From Mobula hypostoma (taxonomy: Eukaryota), in NCBI RefSeq assembly GCF_963921235.1, contig NC_086097.1, forward strand, positions 246,142,001 to 246,206,000: DNA of 64,000 nt, written 5' to 3'. Below the pieces are notes generated by a model. The model was not told where the DNA came from. It worked only from the letters and a program-made list of their open reading frames with translations, and did not search any database. This document shows, one piece after another, positions 11,430 through 23,555 of the stretch. A program made the translations under genes and the position numbers. Within the stretch, counting starts at the first letter, position 1. Each line of letters opens with the position of its first letter.

Positions 11430-12010
11430 ATCAAGGTTCATTAAGAAATAGGACCACAAAGTTAACGTTGCAGCTCCATAAAACCCTGGTTCGGCCCCAC
11501 ATGTGTTGTGTTTGGTTCGGGTCACTTCATTACAGGAAGGATGTGGAAGCTTTAGAGAGGGTTCAGAGCAGGACGCTGCCTGGATTAGGGAACATGTCTT
11601 ATGAGGATACGTTCAGCAAGCCAGAGCTCTTCCCTTTGGAGTGAAGGAGGATGCGAGGTGACTTGATAGATGTGTATAAGGGCATAGGGCGGGTAGACAT
11701 CTGGAATCTTTTCCCCAGCACTGGGGCATAATTTTAAGGTGACTGGAGGAAAGATTGGGGGGATGTCGGGGGTAATTTTTTTTACAGAGGGGCATGAGTG
11801 TGTGGAAAACCCTGCCAGTGGTAGTGGTGGAGACAGATATATCAGGGACTTCTAAGAGATGCTTAGACAGGCAAATGGGTGTTAGAAAAATGGAGGCCTC
11901 TGTGGGATGGAAGTGCTAGGTTGATCTTAGACTGGGTTAAAAGGTCAGTACAACATCATGGGCCAAAGGCCTTGACTGTGCTGTAGTGTTCTATGTTGTA
12001 CAGTATGTTC
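11430..12010 (+). mobile_element. CR1 3' fragment, degenerate
   Basis: LQLHKTLVRPH...HYRKDVEALERVQ; tail GGGCCAAAGGCCTTGACTGTGCTGTAG. Confidence 0.85.
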
Positions 12011-12049
12011 TAAGGTTAATTGACCCCAGTGGTGAACATGCACAAGGGG

Positions 12050-12160
12050 AACACAAGGAATTCTGCAGGTGTCAGAAATCTTGTCCAACACACACACGGG
12101 CTCGGTCCGAGACGTCGACTTGAAAGACGCTGCCTGACCTGCTGAGTTCCTCCAGCATCT
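12050..12160. mobile_element. Degenerate PLE inverted terminal pair
   Basis: Inverted terminus ACACAAGGAATTCTGCAG joined to sense CTCGGTCCGAGACGTCGACT...CCTGCTGAGTTCCTCCAGCA. Confidence 0.7.
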
Positions 12161-12162
12161 TG

Positions 12163-12221
<59 letters not shown>

Positions 12222-12247
12222 TGTGTGTGTGATGTGTGTGTGATGTG
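12161..12247. repeat. (TG)n microsatellite
   Basis: Directly visible; continues the PLE terminal TGTG motif. Confidence 0.97.
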
Positions 12248-12838
12248 AAACTCTGGCCAGTTCATGGGGATGACAAGGCAAGGAGGAATCCAGCCTCTCC
12301 TGACTTGACAACATAGGCCAAGATTAAGCAAAATGGTCATAAATCTTAATCCTGGCAAAAGTCACACTGCTACAATACTCCCTAGCAGTAATGCTTGTTA
12401 CATATGGAGATACTTTGCTCAGTAAATTCTAGGCCCTCTCCTGAATGCAGAGGGAGTAGATGTCTATTGGTGAATAACCAGCTTGATAACCAGACAGAGC
12501 ATTATTGTAAATGATTGAGGTCTTTAGGGAATTACCAGTCAGGTCATTTTGTACCAATTGAAATCTTGTCTTTACTTTGAGCCACTTGTTAACTTAAAAT
12601 AAGCTCACATTGAGCATCTGTGTGCTTTTAAACACATCTTCTTGGAGGGGGCGGGGATGACGGTGGAACAGCAAAGACATCATGATTCAGGCACACTGAA
12701 TCACAGAAGCAAGACCATCCTAGTCATTTACTCCATACATACTGGTATTTCTTTTATTTATGCACATTTTATTACATATCCATCCTTTAATCTCAAACTT
12801 TGTTAGTCATTATTTATAAATAATTCCTCATTTTATAT

Positions 12839-12984
12839 ACGCAAACACGAGGAAATCCGCAAATGCTGGAAATCCAAGCAACACACACAAAAAATGCTGG
12901 TGAACGTGGCAGGCCAGGCAGCATCTACAGGAAGAGGTACAGTTGATATTTCGGGCGGGGACCCTTCGTCAGGACTAACTGGAA
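12839..12984 (-). mobile_element. PLE terminal unit with near-intact hammerhead (12941-12976)
   Basis: Minus strand AGTC-CTGACGA-AGGGTCCCCGCCC-GAAA-TA-TC-AACT. Confidence 0.85.
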
Positions 12985-13414
12985 GAAACTGAATCTCATC
13001 TTTGTTCCACCTTTTCTCAATTGTATTAATGAACTCTTTTAAATTATAATCTCGACACATGAACAGAAATTGTCCAGGAATCTAATAATGCAGGTAAAGC
13101 TCGGAAAAACTGTTGTATGAGATGGAAATATTTTTCATTAAAAAATTAATTGGAGAAGCCTTTAGTGCTAAATTGAAGTTTGAACTTTAAAGGGCATCAT
13201 TGTTTACAGAGCTTTCTCAACAGGAAACAAACAGTGAGCCACAAACAGTGCTGGAAGAAACCAGGGTGAGTCATCCTCTGTGGAGATGATAGGCGGGTGT
13301 CGATGTTTTAGCTCAAGATCCTCTATCAGGGTGAATTGCTGGTAAGTAGCAGGATGATACAAGTCGGGATAGCGGCAGGCAGGTGTACAGAGCATAGACC
13401 AGTGTAGCACAATC

Positions 13415-14394
13415 TAAGGTTAAAGGTACATTGATTACCAAAGTATGAGTGCAGGAAACAACCCTGAGATTCATCTCCCACAGACAGTCACAAAACAAAG
13501 AAAAGCAGGGAACCTGTTCAAAGAAAAGATCAAATCCCCAATGCGCAAAAACTTTGCGCAAAATGGCAAAAAAACAAGCAAATAATACACAGAATATAAA
13601 ACATCAAACCACACAGTCCTTGAAACAGTCTAGGAATGTTTAGTTCAGTTCCATTTAGAGCGGTGTCGTTTGTTGTCTGCAGACTGCAAAGTCAGTCCAC
13701 CCTGATCAAAACCACACAAAATTCAGTTAAAAAATGAGTATCCAGAAACACATTCTGTATAAGGCGAACTGCAGGGTCCAGTCCATAACCAGCACAGATC
13801 AAAGCTTGCTCAAGACCCAAGACTCCTGCACATTCCCCTGACAGGAGAGGGGCAGAGAGGGAGGGGGGAGAGAGGGAGGGGGGAGAGAGGGGGTGGAGAG
13901 AGGGAAGGGGAGAGAGGGGGAGAGTGGGGGCAAAAGAGGGAGTGGGGAGAGGGGGGAAAGATTAGTCAAACACAAGGTAGATGCTGCTGAACACCTGCTC
14001 ACCTTCCGCTCTTGTCCCTGCTGGCCTGAATCTTGCCCGACACTTTAATCAGCGAGTTGATCAAGAATTGGAGCCCATCATGGGTTCGCACGCCGCCATT
14101 AAGCAGCACACGCCATTCCTAACCTCACTCTCAACCATGCTGAATTCCCTCAGAGACAACAAAAGCACCAGATCATGATAAAATGGTGGAGCAGACTCGA
14201 TGGGCCGAATGGCCGACTTCTGCTCCTTTGTCTTACGGTCAGATCACTCAGTTGGCCCAAAAACACATTACCAAGTCGTAAATTACGGGCTCCAATTACA
14301 CACAGATTACTAGTATAGTATACTTAAATGAAGTTGTTGCATGAACTGTCTGCAGGACATCGCCGTTAGTCGTGTTGGTCGCTGGCACCCTCTT
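13415..14394 (-). mobile_element. Non-autonomous retroposon with Rex1-type tail; contains a purine tract (13843-13956) and a short CR1 tail insert (about 14175-14240)
   Basis: Minus 5' end AAGAGGGTGCCAGCGA; tail GATGAATCTCAGGGTTGT...ATACTTTGGTAATCAATGTACCTTT matches Rex tails at 4750-4810 and 52790-52865. Confidence 0.55.
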
Positions 14395-14399
14395 GCCCA

Positions 14400-14850
14400 A
14401 TTATCTACCTATTCACCTACCAATCTAATCGGTGGAGCCTGATGGTGGAACAGGAGCGGAGGTGATGGGTGGAACCAGATGGGGAGGGGATGATGGGTAG
14501 ATGATGGTGGAGAACAGAGGGTGGAGATGGAGGCTAGGGCAGAGGCTGGCAGATGAAGGGTGGAGCCAGCTGTGGAGGAGATGGGATGAAGAAAAGTCAC
14601 CTGAAGATGCAGCGATCAATCTTCACACCATTAGGTTGTAGTTGCCCAAGTGGAGCATGAGACATTGCCTATCCAGCTTGCACGTGGCCTCTCTACAGCA
14701 ATGAGGAAAGCCCGGGGACAAACAGGTCAGTGCACAATTGAGAAAGACAAAGAGAGTTAAAGTGACGTGCTCGAGATGGCAGGAAGTGCTCTGTAAGATG
14801 GTCACCAAGTCTACCCTTGGTTCTACCAATGTACAGGAGACCAAATTATG
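14400..14850 (-). mobile_element. Old PLE GIY-YIG C-terminus plus pyrimidine-rich UTR
   Basis: Minus ORF ...GFPHCCREATCKLDRQCLMLHLG parallels GLLYCKDEATLRLEEQHIIFRLG of 3105-3520. Confidence 0.6.
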
Positions 14851-15544
14851 AGCAATAAATGCAAATTGCAAAGTAAATTTATTATCAAAGTACATATATT
14901 TTTAGCATATACAAACCTGATATTCATTTTCTTACAGGAAAATAAAGAAATACAGTGGTAGTGAAGGGAAACTACTCAAAAAGAGTGACAAACAATATGC
15001 AAACGAAGGGAAACTGCAAATCCAAATAAAACGAGCCGATGGATTGTGTAGACGGAGAGCAATGTATCTGTTTTCTGCTCGTCTGTATTGTATTTGGTGT
15101 TTCGCATTTAATATGGGTAATTTGTCACATGGTGGGGGTCGTGGTAGCAGCGAAGAGTACAGTTACATATTCAGGCTTTGTCTAAGGCCAGTTTTAGTCT
15201 GGTTAGAGTTAGAGGCAGCTGGGAATGATATCTTTTTGTTGACTGCTTCACTTTGTTTATCGTTTAACCACGTTTAAGAATGCTTGGCTTAAGTACGTTT
15301 GATTATGCTTAGAATGTTTATTTCAGTATACCGCTAGTGTTAGCTTCATTAGCTTACCGTTACAAGATAGTTCGTCTCGGCTGGTTTCTCAATAACTTCT
15401 TTGGCTTTGGAACTTTGATATTGTGGAGTGCGTCATCCAGCGTCAACCCCCACCCCCCGTCCCCGTTGTCCCCTCCTCCCCTATCACCCCTGTGCTTTGT
15501 CTCTGAGCAGTTTTGGTTTGTTTTCAAGTAACAGCTACAAGTTG

Positions 15545-15750
15545 CAAAGAGTTCATGGAAGTGAGGCTGTGGGGGGCCAGTTGTTGGGTATATTTAAAGT
15601 AGCGATTGATAGATTCTTGATTAGTAAGGGTATTAAAAGTTACAGGGAGAAACAGGAGTTTGAGAGGGATACTAAATCAGCCATGATCGAACGGTGAGCA
15701 GATTCAATGGGCTGAATGGCCTAATTCTACTCCTGCATCTTATGGCGTAA
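15545..15750 (+). mobile_element. CR1 3' end
   Basis: EAVGGQLLGIFKVAIDRFLISKGIKSY; tail GGGCTGAATGGCCTAATTCTACTCCT. Confidence 0.85.
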
Positions 15751-16097
15751 TGGTTAAAAATCTGAAATGAATGCTCAAGATTTAGTTCAATTTATCTCAT
15801 GTAGCTTTATGTTTCTATCAGACCTACACCTTTCCGCATGACTAGAATGTGGGATGTTAACTTCCCTCTGGGGCTGCATGTCATTAAACAACACATGATT
15901 TTCATCCATTCATTTCCTGACAAATTTATCTTTTCCAGGATTATTGACCACGCAGTGACCACCTTCTTTTAGTCTTTAATGCTGTGAAACAGAGGTTGGC
16001 ATTTTTCCTCTGGAGTGTAAATGTTATGAGGCTGAGTGATATGACAAAGTCATGTTCAGTCAGCGTGACACAGTAGTGTAAATGTTAGCACAACACT

Positions 16098-17012
16098 TCA
16101 AGTCAAGTCAAGTCACTTTTTATTGTCATTTCGACCATAACTGCTGGTACAGTACACAGTAAAAATGAGACAACGTTTTTCGGGACCATGGTGCTACATG
16201 AAACAATACAAAAACTACACTGAACTACGTAAAACAACACAAAAACTACACTAAACTACAGACCTACCCACGACTGCATAAAGTGCACAAAACAGTGCGG
16301 GCATTACAATAAATAATAAACAAGACAATAAGCACAGTAGAGGGCAGTAGGTTGGTGTCAGTCCAAGCTCTGGGTATTGAGGAGTCTGATGGCTTGGGGG
16401 AAGAAACTGTTGCACAGTCTGGTCGTGAGAGCCCGAATGCTTTGGTGACTTTTCCTAGCTGGCAGGAGGGAGAAGAGTTTGTATGAGGGGTGCATGGGGT
16501 CCTTCATAATGCTGTTTGCTTTGTGGATGCAGCGTGAGGTGTAAGTGTCTGTAATGGCGGGAAGAGAGACCCCGATGATCTTCTCAGCTGACCTCTCTAT
16601 TCGCTGCAGGGTCTTGCGATCCAAGATGGCACAATTTCTGAACCAGGCAGTGATGCAGCTGCTCAGGATGCTCTCAATGCATCCTCTGTAGAATGTGGTG
16701 AGGATGGGGTGTGGGAGAGGGACTTCTCTCAGCCTTTGCAGAAAGTGGAGACGCTGCTGGGCTTTCTTTGCTATGGGGCTGGTGTTAAGGGACCAGGTGA
16801 GATTCTCCGCCAGGTGAACACCAAGAAATTTGGTGCTATTAACGATCGCTACAGAGGAGTCGTCGATGTTCAGCAGAGAGTGATCGTTCTGTGTCCTCCT
16901 GAAGCCAAAAACCATCTCCTTTGTTTTGTTCACATTCAGAGACAGGTTGTTGACTCTGCACCAGTCCGTTAGCCGCTGCACCTTCTCTCTATATGCTGAC
17001 TCATCGTTCTTT
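16098..17012 (-). mobile_element. Rex1-type LINE, 5'-truncated, 220-aa open C-terminus
   Basis: ORF 16358-17020 WCRVNNLSLNVNKTKEM...KFLGVHLAENLTWS...FYRGCIESILS...NSFFPQAIRLLN; (CTTGA)n tail. Confidence 0.92.
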
Positions 17013-17047
17013 ACACCCAAGACTGGGATTCAATTCCACCCTTACAT

Positions 17048-17345
17048 GGGGCAGCCCGGTGGTGTAGCGGTTAGCGTAACGCTATTACAGTGCCAGCAAC
17101 CACCATCACGGGTTCAATACCGGCTGCTGCCTGTAAGGAGTTTGTACGTTCTTTCCATGATCGCTTGGGTTTCCTCCAGGTTTTCTGCTTTCCTCCCACA
17201 GTCCAAAGACCTACACTTAGGGTTAGTGAGTTGTCAGCCTACATTGTTGGTGCTGAAAGTGTGGTGATATTTGCAGGCTGCCCAACACACTCCTTGCTAA
17301 TTTGACTTGACACAAACAGTGCATTTCACTGTAAGTTTCGATATC
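17048..17345 (+). mobile_element. tRNA-headed V-SINE
   Basis: A box TGGTGTAGCGG, B box GGTTCAATACC, V domain GGAGTTTGTACGTTCT...TTTCCTCCCACAGTCCAAAGAC. Confidence 0.85.
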
Positions 17346-17689
17346 CCAATCGTAATTTTAAAACCAAAAGACTTCAAGAATTATTTCTAGCCCTTCATTT
17401 CCCGGGTCTCTGCAGCAAGTTTTTGCCTGAGATTTGGTTTTTCTATTTCCTCACAGTAAAATCTCGTTCCCACATCCTCTGAAGGAATTGTTTTTCCAGT
17501 TATTTGTATAGCTGTTTCCTACTTAATCTTCTGCAGAACCTTCTCCGTAGGGCAAATCATTTGATTGAAGAGGTTCATGAGCCAAATCCCTCTGTATGTC
17601 ATTTCGACCGGCATAGCAACTACTGAAACTCTCCATTGTCTAACAACAGTACACAGAGGCAACATAGTTTCAAAAACAACATCTTGAGT

Positions 17690-18137
17690 TTTATATTCCT
17701 TCTGGGTAGCCTCCAATCTGACAGCATGAACATCGATATCCCCAGCTTCCGGCAATTTCCCCCCATCTCCCTCCCCTCAATTCCCCACTCTGGCTCCCCT
17801 CTTCTTCTCACCTGCCTATCACCTCCCCTTGGTGCCCCTACCCATCCTCTTTCTCCTGTGGTCCACTCTCCTCTCCTATCAGATTCTTTCTTCTTCAGTC
17901 CTTTACCTTTCCCACCCATCACCTCCCAGTTTCTACGTGCCCCCCTCTGCCACCCACCTGGCTTCACCTACCACCTCCTAGCTGGTACATCTTCCCCTCC
18001 CTCTCACGTACTTATTCCAGCTTCTTCCCCTTTCCCTTCCAGTCCTGATGAAGGGTCTCAGCCCAAGACATTGACTGTTCATTTCCATGGATGCTGCCTG
18101 ACCTGCTGAGTTCCTCCAACATTTTCTGTGTGTGTGT

Positions 18138-18175
<38 letters not shown>

Positions 18176-18236
18176 GTCTGTCTGTCTGTCTGTCTTGCTC
18201 TGGATTTCCAGCACCTACAGAATACCTTGTGTTCTT
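17690..18236 (+). mobile_element. PLE 3' fragment (EN end, UTR, mutated hammerhead, internal TG microsatellite 18128-18192)
   Basis: IFLLGSLQSDSMNID; CAGTCCTGATGAAGGGTCTCAGCCCAAGACATTGACTG. Confidence 0.88.
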
Positions 18237-18320
18237 GAGCTTTAATTTGTCATGGGGTCATAGACATGTAGAGGAATATAACATCAACCTTCCGTCACAT
18301 ACCCATACTATTTGCCTTCT

Positions 18321-19110
18321 GGTAAGATGGCGGCACTTATACATGCAGCGGCCTCTCGGGGGCTAACCGGAGGAGCTTTTTTCCCTTGTTAAATATGTTT
18401 TTATACATAGTAAGACTATTCTTTACTCCAATAACAACCTATACAGCCGGTCCACCTTGCTCGGAGTAGCCGGCTGGGATGTCATAAGAGCAGCCCTTCA
18501 GTTTCGGAGAAGGCAAGCCAGGGATTTTGTATCAGGGCGTCGGGCCGGGTAACTCGAGCCAGATTGGTTTTGGAAGAGCTGGCCTGGATGGTGACCGTGC
18601 TGCTGTGTGCTACTCGGAGGCACCGGAGTCGTTGTTTTGAGTTGGCACGAGGACAGCATGCAGTGAAACCGTGAGTGAGTGAGTGACTGTTTCTTTGGCA
18701 ATCTCAAGACCCTGTTGGACATTGTTTGCTGCAGGCCTGCTTCCCTTGTTTGGTCAATAGACAGGTGTCCAGGCAGCAGTGTCTGCTTGGTTGTAGCTAG
18801 GACTAGGCCTCAGTCCTCAGGCTTGTGTTGCAGCATGGCGTCCAGGCTCATTTGGGAGTGGTCTCTCCCATTAGTGCTGCCCTCCAGTGGTGGATCAATG
18901 GAATCACAGGCTGGACTGCCTGGAACCATCAATTTGTGGGATTCGTCGTTCTGAAACTTGGTCTAAAAATCTGCTTTCTGACATGACTATGTTCTTTTTT
19001 CTCTTTTGTATTACTTTGAAAGCGTGTGCATGATCTTACACCTTGGCCCCAGGTGAATGCTGTCTCATTCAGCTGTACCCATATATGGTTTGAACGACAA
19101 TTAAACTTGA
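18321..19110 (+). mobile_element. Non-autonomous retroposon with AAGATGGCG head and Rex1-type tail
   Basis: Starts GGTAAGATGGCGG, CpG-rich, no ORF; 3' part homologous to about 40290-40578. Confidence 0.6.
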
Positions 19111-19419
19111 TATATGTGTGAGTCTGCAAGTCTGCGAGTCCAGTGGAGGCTGGGGCCACGAAGGGGGCTGTCCTGGGTTGGAGGACTGTATGTATGTGTG
19201 GGAGGGAGTGAGGAGAGGGGCTTGGTTTACTGTTGTTTTGTTAATATTATTCTGTTGTCATTGTTGTTGTTTGAGTTATTCTGCTGAACATTGTGGACAT
19301 ACTATGTTGGTGCCAGAATGTGTGGTGACACTTGCCCCAAGCACATCCCTAGGTTGTGTTGGTATGTCACTGTATGTTTCGATGTACATGTGATTAATGA
19401 ATAAATATAATCTAATCTA

Positions 19420-19826
19420 CAGTACTGTGCAATAGTAGATTAGATTAGATTCAACTTTATTGTCATTGTGCCGAGTACAGATACAAAGCCAATGAAATGC
19501 ATTCAGCATCTGACCAGAAATGCAAAGAATAGTGTTATTTACAAAATAACTGCGAATAAAAAAGTGCTACAGCACACAAATATAAAAGTACTGAGACAGC
19601 ACAATACGGATGCAATACTGCTTAGCGCTGTGATGTGAGGTTCAGCAGTGTCACAGCCTCAGGGAAAAAGCTCTTCCTGTGCCTGCTGCTGCGGGAGCGG
19701 AGGCTCCTGTAGTGCCTACCGGATGGGAGGAGAGTAAAGAGTTCATGGTTAGGGTGAGATGCATCCCTGATAATGCTTACGGTGATAATATATAGTTACG
19801 GTGCCTAAGACTTTTGCACAGTACTG
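19420..19826. mobile_element. Short Tc1-like MITE interrupted by a Rex1 tail
   Basis: TA|CAGTACTGTGCAA...TTGCACAGTACTG|TA; related palindromic mini-copy at 20187-20252. Confidence 0.7.
19436..19778 (-). mobile_element. Rex1 3' end, close relative of 27710-28052
   Basis: (AATCT)n tail; reverse complement aligns with the 3' end of the 26754-28052 copy. Confidence 0.9.
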
Positions 19827-20304
19827 TATCTGTCAACGTGGAGCGGAGAGTGAGTTTGTAAATCTGGCAGGAGCAAAGGATGTTGGGAATGGTGAGGGTG
19901 GAGGGGTGTGGGTCAGGTGGCAGAGAAGGAGGGAGGGATGGTGTGGGTGCAGACACACCCAGCTCTGAGACACCAGGCAAGGTTATTTGATTTCAAACAA
20001 TTGGTTTATTGATCATTACAGAATGTCTCTGTGGTGCTTCCCGCTCCCTCCCCTCTCCCTGTCCCCTTCCCACTCTCAGTCCACAACAGAGACCCATATC
20101 AGAATCAGGTTTATCATTACTCACAGATGTCATGAAATCAGTTTTCTTTGGGGGGCAGCAGTTCAGTGCAAAACATAAAATTACTACAGTACCGTGCAAA
20201 GGTCTTAGGCACCCTGGTTATATATTCTGCCTAAGGCTCTTATGCAGCATTGCATCTAAATCTGAACTAATCTTATCTAATCAAATCTAATTTATATTCC
20301 CCAT

Positions 20305-20672
20305 CATATAAAGAGTAAAAGAGAGGTGGGTGTGGATATTGGAGCGCTGGAAAATGACAGAGATAGTAATGAGGGACAAATAAATTGCAGATGAATTTAA
20401 AGTATTTTGTGTTGGTCCTCACTGTGGAAAACACAAGCATAATGCCAGAAATGTGAGAGTGGCAGGTGGCAGGAGGCTTGGAGTGCTCCCTCCACAGGAG
20501 AAGGTGCTTGGGGAACTGAAAGGTCTGGAGGTAGATAAGTCATCTGGACCAGATTGACCGAACCCCAGGGTTCTGAAAGAGATGGCTGAAGAGATTACAG
20601 AGGGATTAGAAATGATCTTTCACTAGATTCTGGAATGGTTCCAGAGGACAGGAAAATTTCAAATTTCACATC
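20305..20672 (+). mobile_element. CR1 internal ORF2 fragment (EN-RT linker)
   Basis: Homologous to 45900-46310 (GATAAGTCA.CTGGACCAGAT...CCCAGGGTTCTGAAAGAG). Confidence 0.78.
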
Positions 20673-21010
20673 CTCATAGGACCAGAGGGTATACAATGCC
20701 TCTTTCACCTCTTCCCTTCCCAAAAGGCACCCAGGTGAAGCAGAGATTCACTTTCCTTCCTCCAATCCAATGTATCTTCAGTGCCCACAATGTGCACCGG
20801 AGAAACTGCTGACTGGGAGATGGCTTGGAGTGTTCCGTCCACAGGAATGAACCTGAAGTCCTCTTTGCTTGCCCATTTAATCAGAATCAGAATCAGGTTT
20901 ATTTCACGTGACGTGAAATTTGTTAACTTAGCAGCAACCGTTCAATGCAATACATAATCTAGCAGAAGAAAAAAAAACAAATAAAATAAAAATAATAATA
21001 AAAGGCCTGA

Positions 21011-21136
21011 CAACAGGAATTCTGCAGATGCTGGAAATTCAAGCAACACACATCAAAGTTGCTGGTGAACGCAGCAGGCCAGGCAGCATCTGTAGGAAGA
21101 GGTGCAGTCGACGTTTCAGGCCGAGACCCTTCGTCA
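21011..21136 (-). mobile_element. Young PLE terminal unit, 14-bp TSD with one mismatch
   Basis: Almost identical to 3821-3913; AATAAAAGGCCTGA at 20997-21010 versus AATAAAATGCCTGA at 21137-21150. Confidence 0.88.
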
Positions 21137-21505
21137 AATAAAATGCCTGAACAGATTAGATATGGCAAAGTTATTTCCCATGTTACGGGATTCTAGGACA
21201 AGAGGGCATGACTTCAGGATTGAAGGACGTCCATTTAGAACTGAGATGCGGAGAAATTACTTTGGTCAGAGGGTGGTAAATCTGTGGAATTTGTTGCCAC
21301 GAGCAGCTGTGGAGGCCATGTCATTGGGTGTATTTAAGGCAGAGATTGATAGGTTCTTGATTAGCCAGGGCATCAAAGGGTATGGAGTGAAAGGAGGGGA
21401 GTGGGGATGACTGGAAGAATTGGATCAGCCCATGATTGAATGATGGAACAGACTCAGTGGGCCAAATGGCCTACTTATACTCCTATATCTTATGGTCTTA
21501 TGGTT
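21137..21505 (+). mobile_element. CR1 3' fragment
   Basis: LFPMLRDSRTRGHDFRIEGRPFRTEMRRNYFGQRVVNLWNLLP; (TCTTATGG)n tail. Confidence 0.9.
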
Positions 21506-21529
21506 TTAAATCTTAGACACCAAGATGGA

Positions 21530-22138
21530 GCTGACTTGATTTACAACCCTCTGCAGCTTCTTTCGGTCCTGTGCAGTAGCCCCTCCATACCAGATAGTGA
21601 TGCAGCCTGTCAGAACGCTCTCCACTGTACAACTATAGAGGTTTTTGAGTGTATTTGTTGACATGGCAAATCTCTTTAAACTCCCAATAAAGTATAGTCA
21701 CTGTCTTGTCTTCTTTATAACTACATCGATATGTTGGGACCAGGTTAGATCCTCAGAGACCTTGACATCCAGGAACTTGAAGCTGCTCACTCTCTCCACT
21801 TCTGATCCCTCTATGAGGATTGGTATGTGTTCCTTCGTCTTACTCTTCCTGAAGTCCACAATCAGCTCTTTCGTCTTACTGACGTTGAGTGCCAGGTTGT
21901 TGCTGTGACACCATTCCACTAGTTGGCATATCTCACTCCTGTACGCCCTCTCATCACCACCTGAGATTGTACCAACAATGGTTGTATCGTCAGCAAATTT
22001 GTAGATTGTACTTGAGCTATGCCTAGCCACACAGTCATGTGTATACAGAGAGAGTAGAGCAGTGGGCTAGGCATACACCCCTGAGATGTGCCAGTGTCGA
22101 TCGTCAGAGAGGAGGATATGTTATCACCAATCTGCACA
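21530..22138 (-). mobile_element. Rex1-type RT fragment
   Basis: TGTSQGCMPSPLLYSL; IYKFADDTTIVG...WCHSNNLALNVSKTKELIVDFR. Confidence 0.9.
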
Positions 22139-22769
22139 GATCCACCATCTCACTCTGACCTTTCTGTCTGTGGTCTTCTGCACCATCAAAATGAGATGCA
22201 AAGGATTGGCCCGAGGAAATTTTAAAAATCTGCAAAGCAGCTAGCTGGAAAAAGTTGGGGGCAGCAGATAAGTAGACACACAGATATCTTTGCTTTTGCC
22301 AAAGAGGTGAAAGATGTAGAGAATGCCATTTTGTGAGACTTCTTGTGACCAGCATTTTGTGAATTGGTTTTCTAAATTAACCCTTTACAGTTTGAACTAA
22401 TTGAAAGTGGACCCAACAAAGACCCTACCATAAGAGCATAAGCCTTATGAGCAGAATTAGGTCATTCAACCCACCAGATCTGTTCCACCATCCATTCATC
22501 GCTAATTTATTTTCCCGTTCAACCATATTTTCCTTTCCTCTCCCCATAATGTTTGATGCCCTTACAAATCAAAAACCCATCAACCTCTGCCTTAATGACT
22601 TGACCTTCACAGTAAATTCCACAGATTCACCACCCTCTGGCAAAAGAAATTCCTCCTCATCTCTATACTAAAGGGACACCCTCTCATTTTGACCCTAGAC
22701 TCTCCCACAGTCATTAACATCCTCTGGGCCTTATTTTCTTTGATATGAGGCCCAAACTGTTCACGTTGA

Positions 22770-23555
22770 CAGAACTTCAGATGGTGACGAGAAGGCACAC
22801 AGAAATGAGATCGATCAGCCGGTTGAGTGGTGTCACAGCAACAATCTTGCACTCAACGTCAGTAAGACCAAACAATTGATTGTGGACTTCAGAAAGAGGA
22901 ACATGAGGGAGTGCACACCAGTCCTCACTGAGGGATCAGAAATTGAAAGGGTGAGCAATTTTAAGTTGCTGGATGTCAACATCTCTGAGGACTAATCCTT
23001 GGCCCAACGTTACAATGCAGATACAAAGAAAGCACACCAACGGTGATATTTCATTAGCAGTTTGAAGAGACTTGGTATGTCACCAAAGAGGCTTGAAAAC
23101 TTCTACAGATGAAACATGGAGAGCATTTAAGTGGCTGCATCACCATATTGGGAGGGGCACTGCATGGGATCAAAACCAGCTGCAGAAAGTTGTTAACTCA
23201 GTCAGCTCCCTCATGGGCACCAGCCTCCCCAGCACCCGGGGCATCTTCAAGGAGCGATGCCTCAAAAAGGAGGCATTCATCATTAAGGACCCCCATCACC
23301 CAGGACATGCCCTCTTCTCACTGCTAGTGTCAGGGAGGAGGTACAGGAGCCTGAAGGCACACACGTAATGATTCAGGAACAGCTTCTTCACAACCTCAGT
23401 AATCTTTTTTTCTTTTTTTGCAATACTTATTCAAATAAACTTATAAATATTATATGCATATATATGTACACACACGCGCACATACACACACGTCTTACTG
23501 TAAAGCAACAGATTTCATGACATATGCCAGGGATATTAAACCTGATTCTGATTCT
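22770..23555 (+). mobile_element. Rex1-type 3' fragment, degenerate
   Basis: IIKDPHHPGHALFSLLVSGRRYRSLKAHT; (TCTGAT)n tail. Confidence 0.85.

Noticed and set aside
13843..13956. G-rich tract as a functional G-quadruplex or promoter
   Set aside because: Low-complexity GA expansion inside a repeat; no independent support
17048..17125. tRNA genes (also 7613 and 55994)
   Set aside because: A and B boxes run directly into SINE bodies; no complete cloverleaf
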